This document shows, piece by piece, positions 9,862-17,453 of a stretch of DNA of 64,000 bases. Made by a program: the position numbers and the translations under genes. Each line of letters starts with the position of its first letter. Within the stretch, counting starts at the first letter, position 1. The notes below the pieces were generated by a model. It did not search any database, was not told where the DNA came from, and saw only the letters and a list, made by a program, of their open reading frames with translations. The DNA is from a virus. Its lineage: Duplodnaviria; Heunggongvirae; Uroviricota; Caudoviricetes. The DNA is taken from IMG/VR virus record IMGVR_UViG_3300043418_000226. One strand, given 5' to 3'.

Positions 9862-11171
9862 AAGTAAGTGAATTAAACACAATTATTGAAAATACCCTTT
9901 TTAACGAGATTAAGAAGGCAATTCTTAATGAATCTGAAATGGATACTAACGAAACTTACCATGTAACCTGTGAAGGTGAACCGGTAGTGACATGTAAAAC
10001 TGAAGAGGAGGCACAGGAACATGTTGATTTATTAAAAAAAGACCACCCAGGTAAACAATTTATCATTGAAAAAGTAAAATACGAATCACACAATGATATG
10101 TTAGATAAATTGGATGAAATGGGAGAACAATTAGAAGAAAAAGAAAATACAAATATGGAAAATACAAACCCTAAATTTAAATCTCTTGCTGAAGCACTTC
10201 TTCATGCAAAAAATAATGGACATAAAAAGGTTAAGATAAACGGAGAACGTTACGACGTTGACGAATGTTGGAACCAAATGGAAGAAGAAGAACTTTCAGG
10301 TAATCAAGATAAAATCGATGCTAACCATGATGGTAAAATTACCGCAAAAGATTTCGATATTCTTCGTGGTGAGAAAGAACAAAATGAAGAGGAAGAATGT
10401 CAAGAATGTGGTAGTCAAATGGAAGAAGATTTTGATTTCGGTGCGGATGTTAGAAACCTTAAAGTTTCCCCAAACAAAGAAGCCGAAGTTTCCGAAGAAA
10501 AAGAGACATGTCAAGAATGTGGTGGTACCATGAGTGAAGGTAATTGTGATGAATGTGGTAAAAAACTACAGGAATCTAAAAAAAGAACTGTACGTATGAA
10601 TAAACAAGAGTTAGCCGATTACGTTTCTAAATTAGTTAGTGAATCAGTTCCGGGTTTAGATATTACAAAAAGAGCTAACATTGAAAGCGGGAAAGAGAAT
10701 AAAGAAAATTTAAATAATATTGATAAGAAAATAAAAGATTATTTATCTTTTGATGGTAATAGTAATCCTGAGTTCCCTGAACAAAACAACAAAGGTGAAA
10801 AGGCGGTTGTTAATAACACGGACGAAGAAGATATCTTCGTTGCTGACAATAGAGGAAGAGGTTTAGAGAATTTAGAATATGACCATGAACCATCTAAAGC
10901 TTTCAAAGATAGATTAAAATTAGCCATTAACGGTGATGCGAGTATGGGTAACAGTCAAGAGTGGGCTAACGTTGTTCCAACAGAAAACGGTAAAAAACTT
11001 GAGAAAGAGATTGAAAGAAAATCAATAGAAAAGAAAGAAGAACCACGTTATAAAAAAGAACCACAACCAATTAAAGAAGTTAACGAATCTAAAATTAACT
11101 TAGGTAGTGTGGTAAATGAAGAAATCGAAAAGATGAGAAAATTAACATCATACGATAAGAAAACTCAATAA
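9858..11171 (+). CDS. acidic protein with CxxC ribbons and EF-hand-like loop (possible internal head protein)
   Basis: CQECG twice, CDECG, DANHDGKITAKD, and repeated LNES/LQES/VSES/VNES. Confidence 0.7.
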   Translation: MKVSELNTIIENTLFNEIKKAILNESEMDTNETYHVTCEGEPVVTCKTEEEAQEHVDLLKKDHPGKQFIIEKVKYESHNDMLDKLDEMGEQLEEKENTNMENTNPKFKSLAEALLHAKNNGHKKVKINGERYDVDECWNQMEEEELSGNQDKIDANHDGKITAKDFDILRGEKEQNEEEECQECGSQMEEDFDFGADVRNLKVSPNKEAEVSEEKETCQECGGTMSEGNCDECGKKLQESKKRTVRMNKQELADYVSKLVSESVPGLDITKRANIESGKENKENLNNIDKKIKDYLSFDGNSNPEFPEQNNKGEKAVVNNTDEEDIFVADNRGRGLENLEYDHEPSKAFKDRLKLAINGDASMGNSQEWANVVPTENGKKLEKEIERKSIEKKEEPRYKKEPQPIKEVNESKINLGSVVNEEIEKMRKLTSYDKKTQ

Positions 11172-11221
11172 TATCTTTTTTTTAATTCTTTTTATTCTTA
11201 TATTCTTAATAATAAACGGAT

Positions 11222-11677
11222 ATGGAAAATAAAGAAGGTAGTTTAGAGTTTGTTTCATTAGAAAATTACAAACAACAAATCGATATTTGGTATCGAGCAT
11301 ATAATATAAGTCGTGAAAGAATTGAACTTTTTCACGACTTTCTTGCTTCATTATATGAACTAGTTGACCAAACCTACTTAGGTCCCGAACTATTCGATAT
11401 TGAAGAAAATCAAAAAAATCATTTTACTTGGTGTTGGGATAAAACAATCGACAATTTCTCAAAAGAAAAAATCCACTTTAAAGAGAGAGGTAATCACTAT
11501 GAATACCTTTGGAACTTCTTTCTCGAGGCATATTATTATAATCAATTAGATGGTGTTAAAGTAAGAATTCAAGAGTACTTTATAATACTGTTCGATTTCA
11601 ATTACCGTAAAACAAGATCTGAACTTGATATGTTAACTGAAATATATAAAATATTCGAACAAAACTTGAAAAAGTAA
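11222..11677 (+). CDS. hypothetical protein
   Basis: 151-aa ORF in a co-oriented gene run. Confidence 0.7.
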   Translation: MENKEGSLEFVSLENYKQQIDIWYRAYNISRERIELFHDFLASLYELVDQTYLGPELFDIEENQKNHFTWCWDKTIDNFSKEKIHFKERGNHYEYLWNFFLEAYYYNQLDGVKVRIQEYFIILFDFNYRKTRSELDMLTEIYKIFEQNLKK

Positions 11678-11694
11678 AAAAAAATCCCTATATT
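11666..11694 (+). promoter_or_regulatory. sigma70-like promoter TTGAAA-N17-TATATT
   Basis: Read directly; 20 nt upstream of the ATG at 11715. Confidence 0.55.
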
Positions 11695-11714
11695 GATATT
11701 AAAAACTGAATATT

Positions 11715-11894
11715 ATGGAAACCTTACAACAAATAAAGGACCTAGTAGAAAAGATGTCGGTAGACACTCAAAAAGTGTACGTGAAAGGAAATCATAGTGC
11801 ATCTATCAGAGCTAGGAAATATGCACAAGAAATAAAACAACTAATTGCATCATATCGCAAAGAGATATTAACAGAAATTAAAAAACATGATTGA
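11715..11894 (+). CDS. histone H1-like (Hc1-type) small basic protein, 59 aa; not in ORF track
   Basis: Manual translation METLQQIKDLVEKMSVDTQKVYVKGNHSASIRARKYAQEIKQLIASYRKEILTEIKKHD; KGNxSAxxRARK motif. Confidence 0.75.
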   Translation: METLQQIKDLVEKMSVDTQKVYVKGNHSASIRARKYAQEIKQLIASYRKEILTEIKKHD

Positions 11895-12066
11895 GCAAAT
11901 TAAATTATATCTTTTTATTTTGAGTATTGTTTACTCATTAAGGTTTATTGTTGAATTTTCATTAAAGTTTTTTCAAGAATCACCGGAACCAATAAAGATT
12001 GATAACATAAATCGAGTGTTCCTATACCTAACAATATCCTACATCATAACCTATTTTTTAATTTAA
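11887..12066 (+). CDS. small two-TM membrane protein, 59 aa; not in ORF track
   Basis: Manual translation MIEQIKLYLFILSIVYSLRFIVEFSLKFFQESPEPIKIDNINRVFLYLTISYIITYFLI; fills the gap between its neighbours. Confidence 0.6.
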   Translation: MIEQIKLYLFILSIVYSLRFIVEFSLKFFQESPEPIKIDNINRVFLYLTISYIITYFLI

Positions 12067-12072
12067 AATTAC

Positions 12073-12546
12073 ATGTTTGAAAATATACGAGCACTAAGAC
12101 CACACTTCCATTCATTGAGGGAAATTGAAGGTAATATAAGTCTTGACATTAAACTTCCACTAAGTTGGAGATACGAAGATATTGTTAAACCGTATCGTTC
12201 ATTAAAAATGAAAGTACAAGATAAAAACGAGAAGTATACTTTACTATCGTTAGTTGCTAACGGTACACAGGAGGGATATGACGTTTCATTTGCATGTGCA
12301 TTGGAAATCATTACCATCAACAAGGAAGAAGAAGAAAAACAAAAACTTTTCCAATTAAAAGTTAAAGAATTACAAGAATTATTCAAGAAAGAATCTTTGA
12401 ATAAATTAAAAGACATAAATCTACTGGAAGACTATGGACAAGAGATTACAGCAAGCGATGGAACTCCTGAAGAAGGAAATGGAGAAGGACCAATCGGAGA
12501 TTCAGAATCAGAAACTGAAGATGATAGAGGAACTGAAGAAGATTGA
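12073..12546 (+). CDS. hypothetical protein
   Basis: 157-aa ORF with coiled coil and acidic tail. Confidence 0.65.
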   Translation: MFENIRALRPHFHSLREIEGNISLDIKLPLSWRYEDIVKPYRSLKMKVQDKNEKYTLLSLVANGTQEGYDVSFACALEIITINKEEEEKQKLFQLKVKELQELFKKESLNKLKDINLLEDYGQEITASDGTPEEGNGEGPIGDSESETEDDRGTEED

Positions 12547-12637
12547 TAAAAATGAAATGTTTAAAACAAAAGAAAAAGTTAAGGTATCTATAGTAGATAA
12601 AATATTAACAATATTAGGATATGGAAAAAAAAGGTGA
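12434..12637 (+). CDS. hypothetical coiled-coil protein
   Basis: 67-aa ORF overlapping both neighbours. Confidence 0.5.
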   Translation: MDKRLQQAMELLKKEMEKDQSEIQNQKLKMIEELKKIDKNEMFKTKEKVKVSIVDKILTILGYGKKR

Positions 12638-12854
12638 ATTATTAAATCAAATCGCAATCATATCTGATTTATTAGAAAAAATAAATGCCGATACCAAATC
12701 AACGACCATTGTCATCGAGTTATCGAAACTTGAATTTGAAAGGGTATTTGAAACCATTCAAAAAAAATATGGTAGGAGAATGGAAAAACCAACAAATAGT
12801 TTTTCTATCACAATGGGTCTGGTAGATGTTATTTTTAATACGAGTAGTGTCTAA
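12621..12854 (+). CDS. hypothetical protein
   Basis: 77-aa ORF. Confidence 0.55.
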   Translation: MEKKGELLNQIAIISDLLEKINADTKSTTIVIELSKLEFERVFETIQKKYGRRMEKPTNSFSITMGLVDVIFNTSSV

Positions 12855-13479
12855 CCAATTCGGTTCTTTTAAATCCTCTCGCCTCTAACATATCATACAA
12901 TACGTGCCTTTGTTGGGTGGACACGTCCTTTATGTAAATAAAGTTACCCCTTTTTCTGTCCAACAAGTCACCTCTTACAATTTCTAATAGTCTTTGAGCG
13001 TCTGACAAATTCTTATTACCAAAAACCATAATATTATCCTCAACTTGGACAAATAATTTGTTATTTAAGGTGAAAATTTGGGCAATTTCTTTTATTTTAA
13101 GAATGTGTTCCATCATTTCATGATAACGTATTCTTTTTTTAGTGTTAAAATCATATATTAACTCTTCTTGCCAATACGGAATAATTTCCTTAATCCTAAA
13201 TTTATCACCTTCAATCTTAGCCTGTTGATTTCTACCTAAACTATCTTTAACATAAACCACCGAATCCTTATTCCATCTGGTTATTGGAAATATTAACGAT
13301 AATTCAAAAACCAATTCTTGTTTTCTTTTACCCCCCTGTAATTTGACAAACGGAGGTTTTTTTTGGGTTTTAAATTCGCGCCAATATTCATATACAGTAG
13401 TTCTCTGCATACATTTGTACAATACCTTTGTTCTTTTCTTATTACAAAAAAGAACTATAAAATATTTTCCACCTTTCAT
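12835..13479 (-). CDS. hypothetical basic protein
   Basis: 214-aa ORF with ATGA overlap with the upstream small gene. Confidence 0.7.
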   Translation of the reverse strand: MKGGKYFIVLFCNKKRTKVLYKCMQRTTVYEYWREFKTQKKPPFVKLQGGKRKQELVFELSLIFPITRWNKDSVVYVKDSLGRNQQAKIEGDKFRIKEIIPYWQEELIYDFNTKKRIRYHEMMEHILKIKEIAQIFTLNNKLFVQVEDNIMVFGNKNLSDAQRLLEIVRGDLLDRKRGNFIYIKDVSTQQRHVLYDMLEARGFKRTELVRHYSY

Positions 13480-13631
13480 ATAAATTTACTTATGAGAGTA
13501 TAAAGTCCATATGCCCCAAGGACAAACCAAACCCCAATCACCCAAATAACAATTTTTTGTGTTGTTTGAACGGTATCAACTAAATCTTCTTTGATTCCGT
13601 TATTTTTCTGTTTACAAGTTTTACATGCCAT
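13476..13631 (-). CDS. small CxxC plus TM protein, 51 aa; not in ORF track
   Basis: Manual translation MACKTCKQKNNGIKEDLVDTVQTTQKIVIWVIGVWFVLGAYGLYTLISKFI; promoter immediately upstream. Confidence 0.65.
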   Translation of the reverse strand: MACKTCKQKNNGIKEDLVDTVQTTQKIVIWVIGVWFVLGAYGLYTLISKFI

Positions 13632-13636
13632 ATTAA

Positions 13637-13681
13637 AATATATACTATTAATTTGTTTTTGTCAAATTTTTAAGTTATATT
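13637..13681. promoter_or_regulatory. overlapping divergent promoters
   Basis: Minus strand TTGACA(13665-13660)-N17-TATATT(13642-13637); plus strand TTGTTT(13653)-N17-TATATT(13676-13681). Confidence 0.65.
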
Positions 13682-13706
13682 TCTTAAAGAACATAAAAAC
13701 GAACAT

Positions 13707-14549
13707 ATGATTAGTTACATTGGCGGTAAAGCACGTATTGGTAAATGGATAGTTCCATTTATCCCAAATGACATCGAAACTTACGTAGAGGGATTCTCTG
13801 GTATGTTTTGGGTATTCTTTAACATGGACTTAGAAAAGTTCCCAAACCTTAAAACAGTAGTATACAACGACTACAACAGATTAAACGCTAATTTAATGAA
13901 ATGGGCAAAACAATACGATATACTTCATGATGAGTTATCAAAATACCCATGTCAACAATTAAATGTTGTGGATACCCCACCCGAATATTCAGTAATGTTT
14001 AAGGAATATCAAAAAGAAGTTTTTAATCCCGATTTGGTAATTACCGAAGAAAATAGTTTAGACGTTGCGGCGAAGTATGTCTATGTGTTAACTCAAGTTT
14101 TTTCAGGTTCTAAACCAGAAACCGCAGCGTACACCGATTATAAAGGAAAGTATCGTTGTAAAGTTCTTATCTTTATGGATAAATTAAAAAATCCAAAATA
14201 TAGAGAACATTTTGATAAATTAACTTTTGTTGAAAACATGGATTTTGCTGACGTAGTTAAAAAATATGATTCACCAAAAACATATTTCTATATGGACCCA
14301 CCATATTGGAAAACTGAGAATTATTACTCAAATCATGATTTTGATGTTAATGACCATACAAGATTAGCTGATTGTATTAAAAACATCGAAGGTAAATTTA
14401 GTTTATCTTATTATGATTTTCCTAAATTATCTGAATGGTTTCCAAAAGATGAATACAAATGGGAACAGAAAGATTTTGCAAAGGCCGCGGCCGCGAGAAA
14501 AGATGGTAAACAGAACTTGGGTACCGAACTTCTAATTATGAACTATTAA
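13707..14549 (+). CDS. DNA adenine methyltransferase (Dam/D12 class)
   Basis: ISYIGGK, YVEGFSG, VYNDYN, catalytic DPPY, terminal ELLIMNY. Confidence 0.9.
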   Translation: MISYIGGKARIGKWIVPFIPNDIETYVEGFSGMFWVFFNMDLEKFPNLKTVVYNDYNRLNANLMKWAKQYDILHDELSKYPCQQLNVVDTPPEYSVMFKEYQKEVFNPDLVITEENSLDVAAKYVYVLTQVFSGSKPETAAYTDYKGKYRCKVLIFMDKLKNPKYREHFDKLTFVENMDFADVVKKYDSPKTYFYMDPPYWKTENYYSNHDFDVNDHTRLADCIKNIEGKFSLSYYDFPKLSEWFPKDEYKWEQKDFAKAAAARKDGKQNLGTELLIMNY

Positions 14550-14559
14550 TAAAAGTACA

Positions 14560-14895
14560 ATGAATTTTATTCCCGAAGTTTTAATTTATATTCAAACTGT
14601 TAAGACCTATTTCAAAAATAGCGAGGATGCTCGAGAATATTTTATTGGAAATTCAAGTGAAGAAGTTTTCTTCCAACATCTTGGTGAAATATCACAAAAA
14701 AATTTTGAAACGAAAGGTGAAGTGATGCTCGACAAAGAACAATTCGAATTATTAAGAAGAACCATCGCAGTCATTACCATTGTACAACAAGAGTTTGTCG
14801 ATGAAGATGAAATAACAAAAGAAGACAAATCATATAATCCGGAGGAGAATATATTCATCGATATGCGAGGTTATGGAAAAATTTGCCTTAACTAA
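14560..14895 (+). CDS. hypothetical protein
   Basis: 111-aa ORF. Confidence 0.65.
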   Translation: MNFIPEVLIYIQTVKTYFKNSEDAREYFIGNSSEEVFFQHLGEISQKNFETKGEVMLDKEQFELLRRTIAVITIVQQEFVDEDEITKEDKSYNPEENIFIDMRGYGKICLN

Positions 14896-14931
14896 CTTTA
14901 TTATATTAACAAATTAATCTATTATTACAAA

Positions 14932-15999
14932 ATGGAGACAAAATTACCAAAAGTATACCCAATGTACGATACCGTTTACGGTAATGAAGTACCCACAGAA
15001 CAATATTTTGTTGTATTGTTTGATGAACTACCATCTAAGTTCTCAACCGCATTAAATTACCACCCAACCATAATTGATTATTTTAAATCAAATGGATTTG
15101 TTGAGGAAGTTAACATATACCAATCGAATAGACGATTGGATATGTCATCACAATTAATGTTGGTTAATAAAGAAAAACAAATAATTGTTAGAACCAGTGG
15201 GAACGTCATTAAAGATAAAGACAATTTATTACATATTGATTTTACATATAACGTATTAAATGGTGAATTAAGTTCACAAATTGATTTAGAAAAAATCAAA
15301 GAGTTTGAAAGAACTAAGAAAAAATCAAACATTAATTTAGTTAAACTTGAACATGGTCATATGGACACCGAAGAATTTGATTTGTATATTCCTGAAATGG
15401 ATTTACTTTTAAATTATGGTGAAACATTTTTTAAAATTCATGAAACCATCGTAAAGAGATTAAATTCACCAAGTGATAAAGGAATTATTCTACTCCACGG
15501 TGACCCGGGTACAGGTAAAACATCCTACATCAAATATCTCACGAGTTTAATCCAAGACAAAGATATTTTATTTGTTCCACCATCTATGGCGGAAATGTTA
15601 TCCGAACCTTCAATTATTCCATTTTTAATGGAACATAAAAATTCAATTCTCATCATCGAAGATGCTGAGAGAGTTATTTCAGATAGAGAAGGTAATGGGT
15701 CATCTGCGGGTGTTTCAAATATTCTTAACATAACTGACGGAATTTTGGGAGATTGTTTAGGAATTCAAGTTATTGCGACTTTCAACATGAAAAGAGAAAA
15801 AATTGACCAAGCACTTCTTCGTAAAGGAAGGTTAATTGCCGAACATAAATTTGAAAAATTAAATGTTGACGAAACAAATAAATTATTAAAACATTTAGAA
15901 AAAAATCAAGAAGTTAATGAAGGAATGCCATTAGCAGATATCTATAATATAGATGTTGAATTAATCAAAACACCAAATAAAAGTAAATTAGGATTTTAA
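14932..15999 (+). CDS. AAA+ ATPase
   Basis: GIILLHGDPGTGKT, LIIEDAE, ILNITDG, IDQALLRKGRL, terminal KLGF. Confidence 0.9.
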   Translation: METKLPKVYPMYDTVYGNEVPTEQYFVVLFDELPSKFSTALNYHPTIIDYFKSNGFVEEVNIYQSNRRLDMSSQLMLVNKEKQIIVRTSGNVIKDKDNLLHIDFTYNVLNGELSSQIDLEKIKEFERTKKKSNINLVKLEHGHMDTEEFDLYIPEMDLLLNYGETFFKIHETIVKRLNSPSDKGIILLHGDPGTGKTSYIKYLTSLIQDKDILFVPPSMAEMLSEPSIIPFLMEHKNSILIIEDAERVISDREGNGSSAGVSNILNITDGILGDCLGIQVIATFNMKREKIDQALLRKGRLIAEHKFEKLNVDETNKLLKHLEKNQEVNEGMPLADIYNIDVELIKTPNKSKLGF

Positions 16000-16014
16000 T
16001 AAAAAACAAAAAAT

Positions 16015-16320
16015 ATGGAAAACGTAACAGCAGAAAGAGTAAAAGAACTACAATTAGAAGGAAAAAAATTATTAGTGGACTTTTGGGCCCCTTGGTGTGG
16101 ACCTTGTAAAACATTAATACCAAGATTAGAGAGTTTTGAGGGTGATTACCCAAATGTGTCTTTTCTAAAGGTTAATGTTGATGAAAATAGTGACTATGCT
16201 GTTGAATTGGGTGTACGTGCAGTACCTACGGTAATTATTTTTGACGGTGAAACTGTTGTGAACCGAACGTCAGGTGTAAACGCCGATAATTTCTATAAAG
16301 AAATTCTCTCAAACATCTAA
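16015..16320 (+). CDS. trxA: thioredoxin
   Basis: VDFWAPWCGPCK and VRAVPT. Confidence 0.93.
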   Translation: MENVTAERVKELQLEGKKLLVDFWAPWCGPCKTLIPRLESFEGDYPNVSFLKVNVDENSDYAVELGVRAVPTVIIFDGETVVNRTSGVNADNFYKEILSNI

Positions 16321-16324
16321 ACCA

Positions 16325-16597
16325 ATGTCGAATAAAATAATTATTTTTACATTAAACGGATGTGGACACTGTGTACAGTTGAAAGAAAGTTTAACAAAGG
16401 ATAACATCGAATTCACTGAGGTTGAAATAAACTCAAATAAGAAAGTTTGGGACCAAGTTGTATCACAAACAGGTCATAATTCACTACCGACTGTCTTTAT
16501 TAGTCTAAAAGATAGGGACGATGGACCTGTTTTTGTTCCTGGAAGGGACTATAAAGACAAAGATGAAATTATTAATATCATCAAAACTTACATATAA
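16325..16597 (+). CDS. glutaredoxin-like protein
   Basis: CGHC and SLPTVFI. Confidence 0.85.
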   Translation: MSNKIIIFTLNGCGHCVQLKESLTKDNIEFTEVEINSNKKVWDQVVSQTGHNSLPTVFISLKDRDDGPVFVPGRDYKDKDEIINIIKTYI

Positions 16598-16600
16598 TTT

Positions 16601-16630
16601 AAAAAAGGGATAATTTTAATCCCTTTTTTT
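16601..16630 (+). terminator. intrinsic terminator
   Basis: AAAAAAGGGAT-loop-ATCCCTTTTTTT directly after the glutaredoxin stop. Confidence 0.8.
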
Positions 16631-16652
16631 ATGCCAAGAAGTATAATAAAAG

Positions 16653-16659
16653 TATTTAT
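16653..16659 (+). promoter_or_regulatory. TATTTAT candidate late-promoter motif
   Basis: Recurs upstream of structural-type genes: also at 3301, 8086, 9845, 17424, 20150, 44256, 49065 and 63460-63453 on the minus strand. Confidence 0.5.
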
Positions 16660-16679
16660 GTAAAAGACTTTACTTTTAC

Positions 16680-17411
16680 ATGGCATTACAAAGAATAAAT
16701 TGGTTACAAATTGACACAGAAGTAATCCCTTCAGGGTCAATTATTAATTTAGGTTCCGAATCAGGTTCTCTGAATTCAATCTATGCCAATAGTTTATACA
16801 TATCAGGACAAACCTTAAACGATGCGATAGAAATTACCGGTTCTAACTTAACAGTAAAAGGTAACTTAACTGTTAAGGGGACAACAACGTCAGTTGAGTC
16901 TAACACAATTGACATTGGTACTAATTTAGTTGAATTAAACGGTCATGGGGAAATATACGCAGGTATATCGGTAAGAGACTCCACAAATCCAAATTTAATT
17001 TCGGGTTCATTACTATGGGATGGAATTAATAATAATTGGATTGCGGGTGCATCTGAACACGAGGAACCAATTGTGTTATTATCACAATTATTACAATTAT
17101 CAAGTTCCATCAGTCAATTAGTTAACGATACCAATATATGGAAACAAATTGGGTCACACTATTATTCAAATAACGATTTAGAATTAACGGGGTCATTAAC
17201 AATAAAAGGAGACTTAATTGTTGAAGGAGGAACCACAATGGTACAAACATCAGATACTAAAGACACTTTAACGGTATCTGGAGCGATGTCGTTAGTTAAT
17301 AATGCCATTAATAATCATTCAGTTTCATCATCCTTATATATCCAAAATTTAGGGTCATTATCAGGAGGAAATGGTAATTCGGTGATAGATTGTGGTGATG
17401 GGTTTTTCTAA
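16680..17411 (+). CDS. short fibre/virion structural protein
   Basis: LTVKGNLTVKGTTT...GSLLWD module shared with 20220..23885; terminal IDCGDGFF. Confidence 0.7.
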   Translation: MALQRINWLQIDTEVIPSGSIINLGSESGSLNSIYANSLYISGQTLNDAIEITGSNLTVKGNLTVKGTTTSVESNTIDIGTNLVELNGHGEIYAGISVRDSTNPNLISGSLLWDGINNNWIAGASEHEEPIVLLSQLLQLSSSISQLVNDTNIWKQIGSHYYSNNDLELTGSLTIKGDLIVEGGTTMVQTSDTKDTLTVSGAMSLVNNAINNHSVSSSLYIQNLGSLSGGNGNSVIDCGDGFF

Positions 17412-17453
17412 TAAAAAATAAACTATTTATATAAAAACAAATAAAAACAAAAA

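Noticed and set aside
13707-14549. Methyltransferase as part of a restriction-modification system
   Set aside because: No adjacent endonuclease is recognisable; orphan methylases are common in large phages.
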